A stretch of 64,000 nucleotides of DNA from Candidatus Taylorbacteria bacterium RIFCSPHIGHO2_02_FULL_46_13 (GCA_001821015.1 MHRQ01000020.1:44977-108976); one strand, 5' to 3'. Counted from the first letter of the stretch, positions 10,170 to 20,030 are shown. Made by a program: numbers and translations. Notes: a model not told the origin generated them from the letters alone.

Positions 10170-10173
10170 CGAA

Positions 10174-11193
10174 ATGACATCAAAGAAAAATAATTTCTGG
10201 CATGACAAACGCGTGCTTGTTACAGGAGCAACCGGCATGGTCGGTTTTTGGCTGGTGAAGGATTTAATTGCTGCGGGTGCGCGCGTTGTCGCGTTTGTGC
10301 GCGGAAGCGATTCACCGTCTGTTTTTTCGTACTCCGGAGATTTTCGAGGTGTTTTTCTGGTAAAGGGGAATGTAGAAGATTTTGCGAGCCTTGAGAGAGC
10401 AATCTCGTCGTACAAGGTGGAGACGGTTTTCCATCTAGCTGCGCAGTCCATTGTGGGCGTCGCGCACCAAAACCCCTTACCGACATTTGAAACGAATATT
10501 CGCGGCACCTACAATCTGCTTGAAGCATGCCGTCTTCATGGCGATATAGTGAAACGAGTTGTCATTGCCTCGAGTGAAAAAGCCTACGGCCTGCACGAAA
10601 CGCTGCCGTTTTCGGAACGCACGCCTTTGACCGGCAGACATCCCTACGAAGTATCAAAAAGTTGTGCAGACCTCATGGCTCAAGCGTATCATCATACGTA
10701 CGGTTTGCCGGTTGCTCTGTTGCGAAGCGGAAATATTTTCGGCGGAGCTGATCTTAATTGGGGTCGCCTCGTTCCTCACACGATTCGTAGTTTTCTTAAA
10801 AATCAGCGACCAATCATCCGTAGCGAAGGCCGGTTTGTGCGTGATTTTTTGCGTGATTACATGTACGTCAAAGATATCAGCCATTGTTACATGAAGATGG
10901 CAGAGGCTCTTTCCGATAAGAAAATACATGGCCAGGCCTTCAACGTAAGCCTTGAGCATCCTCTGACGGTTCTTGAGCTTGTCGGGATGATTCAGAAACT
11001 CATGAAGTGTAGTCACCTCACACCCAAGGTGCAGACGATCGCGCCGGGCGATATCCATTCGCGATATGTAAGTGCATCCAAAGCGCATACCGTTCTTGGC
11101 TGGAAGCCGAAATTTACCTTGGAGAAAGGTCTCGAGGAAACCATTGCGTGGTATCGCGATTATCTTTCTACGCATCCCGATTCGCTGGTTTAA
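10174..11193 (+). CDS. CDP-glucose 4,6-dehydratase-like extended SDR
   Basis: NNFWHDKRVLVTGATGMVGFWLV matches the characteristic RfbG N-terminus (FW-x-K-V-VTG-TGF-G-WL). YxxxK present. Start set to the Met after the track's 10141 start, which overlaps the upstream gene. Confidence 0.65.
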   Translation: MTSKKNNFWHDKRVLVTGATGMVGFWLVKDLIAAGARVVAFVRGSDSPSVFSYSGDFRGVFLVKGNVEDFASLERAISSYKVETVFHLAAQSIVGVAHQNPLPTFETNIRGTYNLLEACRLHGDIVKRVVIASSEKAYGLHETLPFSERTPLTGRHPYEVSKSCADLMAQAYHHTYGLPVALLRSGNIFGGADLNWGRLVPHTIRSFLKNQRPIIRSEGRFVRDFLRDYMYVKDISHCYMKMAEALSDKKIHGQAFNVSLEHPLTVLELVGMIQKLMKCSHLTPKVQTIAPGDIHSRYVSASKAHTVLGWKPKFTLEKGLEETIAWYRDYLSTHPDSLV

Positions 11194-11260
11194 TTCTTTT
11201 TAGAGAGAAAAACCCCAGACTCAAGTGTAAATAAATGTTGTCCCCCCACACACATATAGA

Positions 11261-11318
11261 CACTATACACACTATTAATAGTTACGCTATAGCGTAATTA
11301 TTAATAGTGTGTATAGTG
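11261..11318. repeat. 58-bp near-perfect palindrome (1 mismatch) with ACGCTATAGCGT core flanked by TATTAATAG arms
   Basis: CACTATACACACTATTAATAGTTACGCTA | TAGCGTAATTATTAATAGTGTGTATAGTG read directly from sequence. Confidence 0.85.
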
Positions 11319-11389
11319 GATAAGAAGGTTAGAAAAGCCTTCCTCGTAGCTTTATTGCAGGTTGGCTGATTAATTAATAGGGCAACACC

Positions 11390-11959
11390 ATGGGAACACT
11401 TGAACAGCAATCTAGAATACGAACCAGAAATACCAAGATTACACGCGCAATCATCACAACCTTAGCAGTTGCCGTTGCGGGTGCGCTCAATCCCCAAGGA
11501 CTAGTGCGAGGTGTATTGAAATCTCTGAATGCCCCCAATAACAAACGACTTTCGTCAGAGAACGCTATTTATGCGGCGCGCCGACGTTTAGCCAAGCGGG
11601 GATTGATTGTATACGAAGGTAATTTTTGGAAGATAACTGAGAGGGGGAAGCGTGAGCTTGAGATTATGCAAATCGGCAGTGTTCCTCTACCTCGTCCGAA
11701 AAAGTGGGATAAGAAGTGGAGGATACTAATTTTTGATATTAGAGAAGAAAAAAAGGTGACGCGGGACAAAGTTCGGCGCACGTTGGGTTCGATTGGTTTC
11801 CATCGGTTGCAAGACAGTGTGTGGGTTTACCCGTATGACTGCGAAGATCTGATCGCGCTTTTGAAGGCCGATTTCAAGATAGGGAAGGATTTACTCTACA
11901 TCATCGCGGACGAGATAGAGAATGATGTCTTTCTTAAAAAGGAGTTTCAGCTTGGCTAG
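11390..11959 (+). CDS. Putative PaaX-family-like transcriptional regulator (winged HTH plus C-terminal W...FDI...R..VRR.L...GF..LQ.SVW domain)
   Basis: C-terminal WDKKWRILIFDIREEKKVTRDKVRRTLGSIGFHRLQDSVWVYP resembles the PaaX C-terminal domain. Family call from memory of the motif only. Confidence 0.45.
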   Translation: MGTLEQQSRIRTRNTKITRAIITTLAVAVAGALNPQGLVRGVLKSLNAPNNKRLSSENAIYAARRRLAKRGLIVYEGNFWKITERGKRELEIMQIGSVPLPRPKKWDKKWRILIFDIREEKKVTRDKVRRTLGSIGFHRLQDSVWVYPYDCEDLIALLKADFKIGKDLLYIIADEIENDVFLKKEFQLG

Positions 11960-12039
11960 TGTGATGGAGCTCGAAATTCTTTAGTGGCCACACCCTTTAG
12001 GATTTGAGTGGGAGCTTGTATGCGAGAGTTATAAACTCT

Positions 12040-12085
12040 CTCCTATTAATAGATATGCTATAGCATAATTAAAGATAGGTACTGT
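12040..12085. repeat. Imperfect palindrome with TATGCTATAGCATA core, related to 11261..11318 and 50285..50328
   Basis: CCTATTAATAGATATGCTATAGCATAATTAAAGATAGG. Shares GCTATAGC core and TATTAATAG arm. Confidence 0.6.
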
Positions 12086-12255
12086 TTTTATTTTCTTCTA
12101 TACCCCGCTCCTTGGGGCGGGGAACCTTGTAGGAAAGTTTGAAAACCTTCGGTTTTCAAGACTCCTAATTTAGAGGCGGAGCCTCCTGACGATACCCCGT
12201 CAGCTCTGCTGCGGGGAGTTTCATTGGAGTTCGAAGAACGAACACACTTATGTGA

Positions 12256-13284
12256 CTATTTTTTCAAAACCGTTTTAAGTGCAAACTTTGCGATTTCCTT
12301 AAGATTTTTTCTAAGCGGAAGGGAATCCGCGAGAGGTGATTTCCAATAGCATTTCCACACGGAGAACCCTCCGCGTGCATTAAAGCTACAAGAAATGAGC
12401 CAGCGTTCGGCAAGAACTTCAGAAAAAAGCATTTCATCGTATATTTTTTTCATGATGTTTGCTTCGCGCAGGCGTGTTAGCCACCGTTCCCTTTTCTCCA
12501 AGAAGTCTATTATATCCGCTCTACCGTATCCGTAATTTGTCTTATGTATAAGATACTCCGGTGGCTCAGGGTTGATGCCTAATCGGGTAAGAGTATCGCG
12601 TGCCACTGTCTCTATCGCGGCATGATTGCGGTCTTTCGCCGTGCTGGTGATGCCTTCCGGATGCCTTCTGTATGCGGTAAGCACGGGCGGTAGGTTCGCG
12701 CACTTCCATTTTTCGGATATACGAATCCAGAGATCGTAGTCTTCCGCAAGTTCCACGCGCTGACGATATCCATCCGGTGGAATTGCAACTCTGCGGAGCA
12801 TAACTGACGACTGAGTAAAACAGTTGTGAAAGAGCAGCATCATCGGAATTTTCTCCGATGCAAACGTATCTTTCCACGCGATACCGGTGCGCGTTCCGTC
12901 TTTATCAATAACTTCGGTCCATGTCCCGAGTAACCCGAAGCTGGGATTTTTGTCTAAATACGCAACCTGTATTTCCAAACGTCGCTGATACGCGATGTCA
13001 TCTCCATCAAGTATCGCGATATAGGCGCCGCGCGCATAGGAGAGCAGTTGATTGCGAACATGCACGATTCCTTTGTTTTGGTGGTTTTGTACAAATCGGA
13101 TCCGCTCATCATGAATGCTTCGGATCACTGACGCACTGTCGTCAGCGGAGGCATCGTCTACCACAATCAGTTCAAAATCCGTGAAGGTTTGGTTTAAGAT
13201 GCTTTGGATTGCTTCCCTCACATAGAGAGATGCATTATAGACCGGCATGAGAACACTTACTTTGGGGACAGGTAAGTTCATCAC
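12256..13284 (-). CDS. Glycosyltransferase family 2
   Basis: VSVLMPVYNASLYVREAIQSILNQTFTDFELIVVDDASADDS (GT2 N-terminal signature with DxD). Confidence 0.8.
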   Translation of the reverse strand: MMNLPVPKVSVLMPVYNASLYVREAIQSILNQTFTDFELIVVDDASADDSASVIRSIHDERIRFVQNHQNKGIVHVRNQLLSYARGAYIAILDGDDIAYQRRLEIQVAYLDKNPSFGLLGTWTEVIDKDGTRTGIAWKDTFASEKIPMMLLFHNCFTQSSVMLRRVAIPPDGYRQRVELAEDYDLWIRISEKWKCANLPPVLTAYRRHPEGITSTAKDRNHAAIETVARDTLTRLGINPEPPEYLIHKTNYGYGRADIIDFLEKRERWLTRLREANIMKKIYDEMLFSEVLAERWLISCSFNARGGFSVWKCYWKSPLADSLPLRKNLKEIAKFALKTVLKK

Positions 13285-13450
13285 GTTTGTAAAGTTATAA
13301 AGTTCATAAAGTCCGTTACGTTATAAAGTTTTGATGAGGCCTGACAAGAGTCTGGAAATTTCTAAACACAATGAATGTAATTCGTCAAAATTCTCAATTT
13401 TCATTTTTTTGCTTGATACACTTGATGAACTTTAAAAACTTTATAACTTT

Positions 13451-14305
13451 TTATATTTTTACCCATGCTTCTGGTAAGAGGTCGCTGGTGTCTTTTGACG
13501 CATCGGCAAACCATTGTCGGGGAGCGATGACTGTCTTCAACGGATTTTCATTGAGCCACGCGGCCCACCATGAAAAGGTGGAGTTTGCGATAATAGTGTC
13601 GTTGCATCGGCTCATCAACACGAGCGCCTCGGTATTTTTGATTTCAGTGTCAGAAATAAAATTTAGGGGGACGTTGAGACGCAGGTTTTCTTTAACCCAT
13701 GCGATATCGTCTGAAAACACGAAGAATTCTACCCCGGGTCTCTTTTTTGAAATCAGTTCGGTAGCTTTTTGATAATATGCAGTGGGCAGATTGCCGTGCG
13801 TTCGCTGGATTTTTTTGTTCGTTACATAATCGCCACGGCGCACATGCAACGAGCAGCTTTTCACTGTTTTTATTTTTTCACTCCACGTTCCTGCGAGCTT
13901 GCTCAACGGTTGCGTGAGGTTCAACTCTTTTTTAAGCGTTCGTTCAATTGATTTAAAGTATCGTTCATTTTGCCAGTACCCGACAACATAATGGCCATCT
14001 TTCAGAGCACGTATTCGTTCATCAAAGACGAATTCTTCTTGTTCTCGGATGATGAGTCGTGCATAAGAATTTCGGAAACGATCCATGATTTTGCTGACGG
14101 GCGAGAGGAATCTCTGTATTTCGTCATCATCAGCCACGCGCGCGGCGATATTGAAGTTATCAAGTTCGTAGGCTCGGTTGGGACTTGTTTTATAGTAGGA
14201 AGTATCTAAGGTAAGCTCTGTAGAAAGTGCAGACGAGAGAGCGCGTCCCAGCGCATACTGGAACAGTTGATTTCCCAAGCCCCCCTCAAGTTTCATGATA
14301 ATCAT
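13451..14305 (-). CDS. Glycosyltransferase family 11 (alpha-1,2-fucosyltransferase-like)
   Basis: N-terminal GGLGNQLFQYA is the hallmark GT11 motif. Size ~285 aa. Confidence 0.75.
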   Translation of the reverse strand: MIIMKLEGGLGNQLFQYALGRALSSALSTELTLDTSYYKTSPNRAYELDNFNIAARVADDDEIQRFLSPVSKIMDRFRNSYARLIIREQEEFVFDERIRALKDGHYVVGYWQNERYFKSIERTLKKELNLTQPLSKLAGTWSEKIKTVKSCSLHVRRGDYVTNKKIQRTHGNLPTAYYQKATELISKKRPGVEFFVFSDDIAWVKENLRLNVPLNFISDTEIKNTEALVLMSRCNDTIIANSTFSWWAAWLNENPLKTVIAPRQWFADASKDTSDLLPEAWVKI

Positions 14306-14306
14306 A

Positions 14307-15356
14307 TTAGTTTAATTCTCCTCTCACAAACGAACGATAGAGCGCGTCAATGATGTTTGCAGCCGTCTGGTTGCCTTTACGCGACCAATGCAAGTCTCTC
14401 GGCAGGAAATCATCAAGCGAGAATTCGTCAAAACATGATTTGCATACGATACCATTGCGTTTGCATATTATTGCTGCCTGCTCGTCGGGATATTTGACCG
14501 AAAAATCGTCTGGCTTTGATGCGTGGCGTTTTATTTTGAACGTATAATTTCCATCTAAAAACCATCGAACGGGTGTGGTAATAATAACAAATTTTGCACC
14601 ATGCGTATCACAATGTTTCTGTGCTTCTTTTGCCAGGTATTCAAATGCAGCGTATGCGTATTCTGACAGGTGATTTTTAGAAAATAAATCAGCAAGTTCC
14701 GGTATGGATACGTTGTAGCTCTTTTCAAAATTGAACGGCAACCTCTGGGGGTTAATATGGTCCGTCTGTATTTCCCACTGCCCTCTCTTTCTGTTGTAAA
14801 AGACATAGGGAGATTTATTACCGTATGAACTCGGACGGATACTTTCTCTAAAGTCGTTTCCCGTATAGACAAACCAGATCACCAGCTTTCCTTTTAATTC
14901 AGTGGTCAGACTCTGCAACAGCAGTAAGTAGTGAGTTGCGCCATAGCCCGGTGCTCCAAGCGGCTTGACGTGGGCGCTGTGCGTTAGATTGGCAAAATAG
15001 TCTTTATCATCCACGCCTTGTCCAAAGACAAAGGAGTCTCCAACGGCAACCACCGTGCTTTCTTTCAGGTTGAAATTTCCTCGCCACCCTTCTTCGCCGG
15101 TGGTGAGGTGATATACATTGTCTACTTCCATGTGGGCATCCACCTTCGGTTTGACGCGCCAGCCTAATCGCTGATCAAATTGAATGATATCTTCCCAGAC
15201 TACTATCTTTGGCTTGAGTTTCTCGGAAATTTTTACAAGCACAGAGATGTACCAGAATGGAAAAAGCAGCGCCGCCATGGGAATCATGAATACAATCCCT
15301 ACCAGGGATGCGAGCAGTGACAAGATAAATCTTACAAAAGCCATTTGAGAACTCAA
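14307..15356 (-). CDS. Membrane-anchored SGNH/GDSL-type hydrolase (possible glycan O-acyl esterase/transferase)
   Basis: N-terminal hydrophobic segment, then VAVGDSFVFGQG (GDS motif). Confidence 0.5.
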   Translation of the reverse strand: MSSQMAFVRFILSLLASLVGIVFMIPMAALLFPFWYISVLVKISEKLKPKIVVWEDIIQFDQRLGWRVKPKVDAHMEVDNVYHLTTGEEGWRGNFNLKESTVVAVGDSFVFGQGVDDKDYFANLTHSAHVKPLGAPGYGATHYLLLLQSLTTELKGKLVIWFVYTGNDFRESIRPSSYGNKSPYVFYNRKRGQWEIQTDHINPQRLPFNFEKSYNVSIPELADLFSKNHLSEYAYAAFEYLAKEAQKHCDTHGAKFVIITTPVRWFLDGNYTFKIKRHASKPDDFSVKYPDEQAAIICKRNGIVCKSCFDEFSLDDFLPRDLHWSRKGNQTAANIIDALYRSFVRGELN

Positions 15357-15886
15357 TATAAGGTATATAGTAAAAGCGCTTCTGGCGGCTGGTCATCGGG
15401 TGATTCTTCAAGATTTCTCAATATGGTTATAAAAGGAAGAAGAAATAGAGCCCATAGATTTCTTGAGCGGTATGCCCACGTTATGTAGTGCACAAGCCAG
15501 TGATTGCCGCTTTGTTTTGAGATGACCTGTTGGTTTTTTTGTTCCCAATTCTGCCATAGGGTAGCCATAGTGGTTTTTTGTACCGTAAGGTTAGTGCCGG
15601 CTAATCTGATTAATGGCAAGACAATGCTATATATTACTCGGAGCGTATATTTTTTCCCAAATTTGGACACCCTTGATGAGACCTTAGGCCATACTTTATA
15701 AGCAAATTTCTTTATTGAATAAGGAACACCGAAAAAGAGTACGGTGAGAATCACTAGCGTCCAAAATGGATAGGGGATTGGAAATGTCAGGCAGATTGCT
15801 ATCAGGTAGAGTAAGAGCAGAAAGATAAATACCGAAAACCAGAGCGCTCTGACATTTCTTTTATTTAGAACAGGAAGGGGATGCAT
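15353..15886 (-). CDS. Hypothetical small membrane protein (start uncertain; track ORF extends to 15943)
   Basis: Two predicted hydrophobic helices (LWFSVFIFLLLLYLIAICL..., WTLVILTVLFFGV). No recognisable motif. Confidence 0.4.
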   Translation of the reverse strand: MHPLPVLNKRNVRALWFSVFIFLLLLYLIAICLTFPIPYPFWTLVILTVLFFGVPYSIKKFAYKVWPKVSSRVSKFGKKYTLRVIYSIVLPLIRLAGTNLTVQKTTMATLWQNWEQKNQQVISKQSGNHWLVHYITWAYRSRNLWALFLLPFITILRNLEESPDDQPPEALLLYTLY

Positions 15887-15893
15887 ATATTTT

Positions 15894-17759
15894 TTAATCC
15901 AGTGCATACAGCGCCTTGTGCATCTCACCGCGTATGCGCGCATAGGCGAGGAGACTTTTGTCCTGCTGTTCTTTTCTAATCACAAAATTTTCAAGGACGA
16001 GGCAGTCCATATCAGTCGCTAAGAAACAAAGAATCGCGTCTTCAGGGTCACAAACGATCGGTTCACCTCGGATGTTGAAACTCGTGTTGACGATGAGGGG
16101 GCAACCCGTCTGGTCGTAAAATCTTTTTAACAATCGGTAGTAGCGCCCATGACGTTCTTCGTCCACGGTTTGTATCCTTGCTGAATAATCAACATGAGTG
16201 ATTGCCGGCACGCTTGAACGGGGGACTGATACGCGTATCCGTAAGTCCGTGTTTTTCATATCCAGCTTATCTTGTGGGGAAAGAACAGAGCGTAACTGCT
16301 TTTTTAGGTTGGCTACAAACAACATATAAGGGTCATCGCTATTTTTAGCAACCTCAAAGAATTCATGCACGTGTTCGTGCAGTACGCTGGGGGCAAAGGG
16401 CCGAAATGATTCACGGAATTTTATTTTAAGATTCATAATCTGTTGCATCTTTTTTGAACGCGCATCGCCGATAATACTTCGGCATCCAAGTGAGCGTGGG
16501 CCGTATTCCATTCTGCCCTGAAACCATCCTATTATTTTTTCATCCGTAAGCATCTCTGTAACTTCGCTTAGAAGTTTTGATTCGTCACGCTGGTACTCAT
16601 ACATAAGGGCACGGCTGTTCAAAAGACTCTCTATTTCACTGTTTGAAAAACGTGGTCCGAGAAGAGAACCTTTTTGAGAATCGCTTTTTAAGGGCTTTCT
16701 ATCGTTGCCCAATTCCTGATACCAAAGCAATAACGCCCCTCCTAAAGACCCCCCGGCGTCACCGGCTGCAGGCTGGATCCAGATATTTTTAAATGGTCCT
16801 TCACGCAGTAAGATACCGTTTGCTACGCAGTTTAAAGCAACTCCGCCAGCCAGCACCAAGTTTTTTGAGCCAGTCTCTGTATGGGCAAAAGTGGCCGCCT
16901 TTAAGACGATTTCTTCAGTTACCACTTGAATGGAAGCCGCCAAGTCCATTTCTTTCTCAGTGATTTCTGTTTCAGGTTTACGAGGTTCTCCCGCGAATAA
17001 GGCATGAAATTTCGGTGAAGTCATCGTAGAGCCGTGGCCGTAATTGAAATACGTCATATCCATGAACATGGAGCCGTCTTCATATATGTTGACGAGATGT
17101 CTTTTTATCAAATCGGCGTATCTTGGTTTTCCGTAAGGTGCGAGTCCCATAAGCTTATATTCTCCAGAATTCACTTTAAATCCACTGTAATAGGTAAATG
17201 CCGAATAGAGCATTCCTAGGGAGTGGGGGAAGCGCATCTCTTTTAATATTCTAATTTTGTTGCCCGTGCCATAGCCGAGAGAGCTGGTGGACCACTCTCC
17301 AACCGCATCTAGGGTGAGTATCGCTGCTTCTTGGTATGGGGAGGGGAAGAACGCGCTTGCTGCGTGGGCAGCATGATGGTGCGTAAAATAAAATTCTCCC
17401 CGAAACGCAGACCCCAACTCGCCTAGGATCTGGGATTTCATATCTATCTTGGATGTTGACCACGCATAAAAAGAATCACTGAAGAATTTAAAACCCTTAG
17501 GAAGGAATTGTAAATAGGATTCACAAAGACGGTTGAATTTTTTAAGCGAGTCTTCATAAAATACAACATACGTAACGTCGCTTATCTTGATTCCAGCTTC
17601 TGCAAGGCAGTATTCAACTGAAGATTTTGGGAATCTGTGGTCAGCTTTTTTTCTTGAGAACCTCTCTTCTTGCGCGCAGGCTACAATTTCTCCGTCACAA
17701 ACAAGTGCCGCCGAGGAATCGTGATAGTAGGCAGAAATTCCGAGAATGTAAGTTTTCAT
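15894..17759 (-). CDS. Carbamoyltransferase, NodU/CmcH/NovN family (second copy)
   Basis: MKTYILGISAYYHDSSAALVCDGEIVACAQEERFSRKKADHRFP N-terminus; 621 aa. Confidence 0.8.
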   Translation of the reverse strand: MKTYILGISAYYHDSSAALVCDGEIVACAQEERFSRKKADHRFPKSSVEYCLAEAGIKISDVTYVVFYEDSLKKFNRLCESYLQFLPKGFKFFSDSFYAWSTSKIDMKSQILGELGSAFRGEFYFTHHHAAHAASAFFPSPYQEAAILTLDAVGEWSTSSLGYGTGNKIRILKEMRFPHSLGMLYSAFTYYSGFKVNSGEYKLMGLAPYGKPRYADLIKRHLVNIYEDGSMFMDMTYFNYGHGSTMTSPKFHALFAGEPRKPETEITEKEMDLAASIQVVTEEIVLKAATFAHTETGSKNLVLAGGVALNCVANGILLREGPFKNIWIQPAAGDAGGSLGGALLLWYQELGNDRKPLKSDSQKGSLLGPRFSNSEIESLLNSRALMYEYQRDESKLLSEVTEMLTDEKIIGWFQGRMEYGPRSLGCRSIIGDARSKKMQQIMNLKIKFRESFRPFAPSVLHEHVHEFFEVAKNSDDPYMLFVANLKKQLRSVLSPQDKLDMKNTDLRIRVSVPRSSVPAITHVDYSARIQTVDEERHGRYYRLLKRFYDQTGCPLIVNTSFNIRGEPIVCDPEDAILCFLATDMDCLVLENFVIRKEQQDKSLLAYARIRGEMHKALYALD

Positions 17760-17763
17760 TGGG

Positions 17764-18723
17764 TTAGGTGCGGAACATCTTTTTAAAAATCAAGATGTTG
17801 TAATATTTTTCAGAAGAAAAATCAAAATTCTTACCGATGTGTGCGTCTAGTTCATCCAAAATAGACTGGACTGTTCCTTTTGCTTTAATACCAAGCTCAC
17901 GCTCAATCTTTTTTGTAGACATTGCGTAGTCGCGCAGGTCATTCGTGTGATTCAGATGTATGTCTAACGTGACACCATGAGTCTGTTTGAAGTGTTTCGC
18001 GAGAGCTTTCCCTACCTCGCCTACCGAGAAATTTCCAGAACTTAGATTGTACACCCCGCTTATTTCTTGTGGCATTGATACTGCTTTCGCATACGCATCT
18101 ACCGAGTCTGAAATAGCGAGGATTGGACGCCAAATACTAGGGTTATTAATGATCAATTTGCCTTCAGTCATGGCCCGCATATACATGGTATTGATGATGA
18201 GATCAAAGCGCATCCGCGGGCTAAAACCTGAAATAGTCCCATGACGGAAACTGATTACTGAAAAGTTTTTATCTTGGAGATGCATCACACCATATTCTCC
18301 TTGTGCTTTTGAAATACCATACGGATTGGTACTTGCGGGAAGTGTGTCTTCAGTCAGCAGTTTTTTTCCGGTCATGCCGTAGACCGAACCGGAACTTGCG
18401 TAGATGAATCTTTTCACTCCAGCTTTTTTAGACATATATGCAAGATAGGCTGGGCCGGCAGCATTTGACACGAAGTTCATAGCGGGAGAAAATTCGGCCA
18501 TCGGATCGTTTGAAAGTCCTGCAACAAAAATCACCTGATCATACTCTTGTAGAAATGCTTCGTCTGCTTCAATCACATCTTTTTTATGTACGGGTACACC
18601 CTTTGGTAAATAATTGCCAAACCAAAAGAGGTCAAGCACTTCTACTTGATGTTTTTCTTCAATAAGTTTTGATACCAGTCTCGTACCTAAATATCCACCA
18701 CCACCTGCAACAAGAATTTTCAT
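17764..18723 (-). CDS. NAD-dependent sugar epimerase/dehydratase (SDR)
   Basis: MKILVAGGGGYLGTRLVSKL Rossmann motif. Contiguous with DegT gene. Confidence 0.7.
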   Translation of the reverse strand: MKILVAGGGGYLGTRLVSKLIEEKHQVEVLDLFWFGNYLPKGVPVHKKDVIEADEAFLQEYDQVIFVAGLSNDPMAEFSPAMNFVSNAAGPAYLAYMSKKAGVKRFIYASSGSVYGMTGKKLLTEDTLPASTNPYGISKAQGEYGVMHLQDKNFSVISFRHGTISGFSPRMRFDLIINTMYMRAMTEGKLIINNPSIWRPILAISDSVDAYAKAVSMPQEISGVYNLSSGNFSVGEVGKALAKHFKQTHGVTLDIHLNHTNDLRDYAMSTKKIERELGIKAKGTVQSILDELDAHIGKNFDFSSEKYYNILIFKKMFRT

Positions 18724-19839
18724 TTACGTAAAGTCATTAATAATTTGTATAACATGGTCGACCTCTTCTTCAGTAAGCTCGGGGAATAAAGGTAATGAGA
18801 CAATCTTTCCCGCGTTTGCTTCTGTGCGAGGCAGCGAACCCTCTGCATACCCGAGGAAGTTGTATGCTTTTTGCAGGTGGATGGGGGTGGGGTAGTGGAT
18901 GCCGTAGCCGATGCCTTTTGTTTTGAGGTATTCAAGAAATCTTTCTCGCGTGTCAACCTTAATCACGAAGAGATGGAAGATATGTGATGCGTTTGGCCTC
19001 GTGCGCGGGAGTTCTATCAGAGGGTTTTTTATTTCTTTGCTATAGCGACTTGCAATCTCTTGACGTTTTTGATTATACACATCAAGGTGTGGCAATTTTA
19101 CTCGAAGTATTGCGGCTTGTATCTCATCAAGGCGGCTGTTGTATCCTTCAAAATTTGCGTGATACGAACCCTCCATGCCGTACATTCTAAGCGCCCGGCA
19201 TTTATCCGCGGTTAGTTTGTCATGGGTGAGTATCAGGCCACCATCCCCCAACGCTCCCAAGTTTTTAGTCGGGTAAAAACTGAAACAGGCGGCATCTCCA
19301 AAACTTCCGACTTTTTTATTTCCAATCATCGCTCCGCTTGATTGAGCGCAATCCTCCACGACTTTCAAATGATGTTTGTGTGCGATTTTCATCACCGCTT
19401 CCATATCTGCTCCTTGCCCATACAGATGTACAGGAACGATAGCCCTCGTTTTTTTTGTTATGGCAGCTTCAAGTTTTAAGACGTCCATCAGAAAATATTC
19501 ATCAACGTCTACAAATACAGGTGTGGCCTCTACTTCTCTGATTGCGCTTGCGGTTGGGGTTGCTGTGTTTGAGACCGTGATGACTTCATCTCCCGTGCCT
19601 ATTCCCAATGCCTTGAGAGCGATTTTAAGGGCGTCAGTGCAGGAATTCACCCCAACCCCATATTGCATGCCTATATACGAACTAAATTCAGTCTCAAACG
19701 CTTCCACTTCTTTTCCCATGACGAATTTTCCTGAGTCTAGCACTCTTTGTATCGCGGAAGTAAGCTCATAGCCGAGCTCCTTGATTTGTCTGGTTGCGTT
19801 GAAAAATGGAACTGCCGTTAAGACGGAAGGATTAAACAT
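18724..19839 (-). CDS. DegT/DnrJ/EryC1/StrS-family PLP-dependent sugar aminotransferase
   Basis: [16 protein letters not shown]..., [16 protein letters not shown]..., lysine region. Track ORF (to 20043) has a 68-aa N-terminal extension that is just the translated intergenic repeat; start moved to MFNPSV. Confidence 0.75.
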   Translation of the reverse strand: MFNPSVLTAVPFFNATRQIKELGYELTSAIQRVLDSGKFVMGKEVEAFETEFSSYIGMQYGVGVNSCTDALKIALKALGIGTGDEVITVSNTATPTASAIREVEATPVFVDVDEYFLMDVLKLEAAITKKTRAIVPVHLYGQGADMEAVMKIAHKHHLKVVEDCAQSSGAMIGNKKVGSFGDAACFSFYPTKNLGALGDGGLILTHDKLTADKCRALRMYGMEGSYHANFEGYNSRLDEIQAAILRVKLPHLDVYNQKRQEIASRYSKEIKNPLIELPRTRPNASHIFHLFVIKVDTRERFLEYLKTKGIGYGIHYPTPIHLQKAYNFLGYAEGSLPRTEANAGKIVSLPLFPELTEEEVDHVIQIINDFT

Positions 19840-19871
19840 ACGCCCGTTCTCCGCACGTGTCTTTTTTGAGT

Positions 19872-20030
19872 TTATTGCCAAGCGAGTGAGCGGAGAGAAA
19901 AAGTATCTTCTTTTTATCTCCCGAGCGAGCGATGGCAACAAAGGGTTTACTACCCCACGGCTTGCCGCGGGTGAGTACGCGGGGAGCGTGTCCCTCATGC
20001 GGGGCTTGCCCCGCGGTATAATACCCTTTA
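19872..20030. repeat. Hairpin repeat family, copy A (long form with GC-rich palindromic insert)
   Basis: TTATTGCCAAGCGAGTGAGCGGAGAGAAAAAGTATCTTCTTTTTATCTCCCGAGCGAGCGATGGCAACAAAGGGTTTACTACC...GGTATAATACCCTTTA. Near-identical to 24095..24253. Confidence 0.85.

Noticed and set aside
10141-10173. Track start of the CDP-glucose dehydratase-like ORF (MISFLLICASE...)
   Set aside because: It overlaps the upstream KdsC-like gene. The conserved RfbG N-terminus begins at the next Met (MTSKKNNFWHDKRV, 10174).
11390-11959. Cas2-like reading of the 189-aa ORF (W..L.FDI...K..R.KVRR.L...GF.RLQ.SVWV)
   Set aside because: It is twice the length of Cas2, has an N-terminal winged-HTH-like region and no cas neighbours. 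The pattern fits the PaaX C-terminal domain better, though still unverified.
12095-12250. tRNA-like sequence (GTTCGAA box, GC-rich stems)
   Set aside because: The region cannot be folded into a cloverleaf on either strand. No T-stem complementary to the TTCGAA flank, and no D-loop or anticodon arm.
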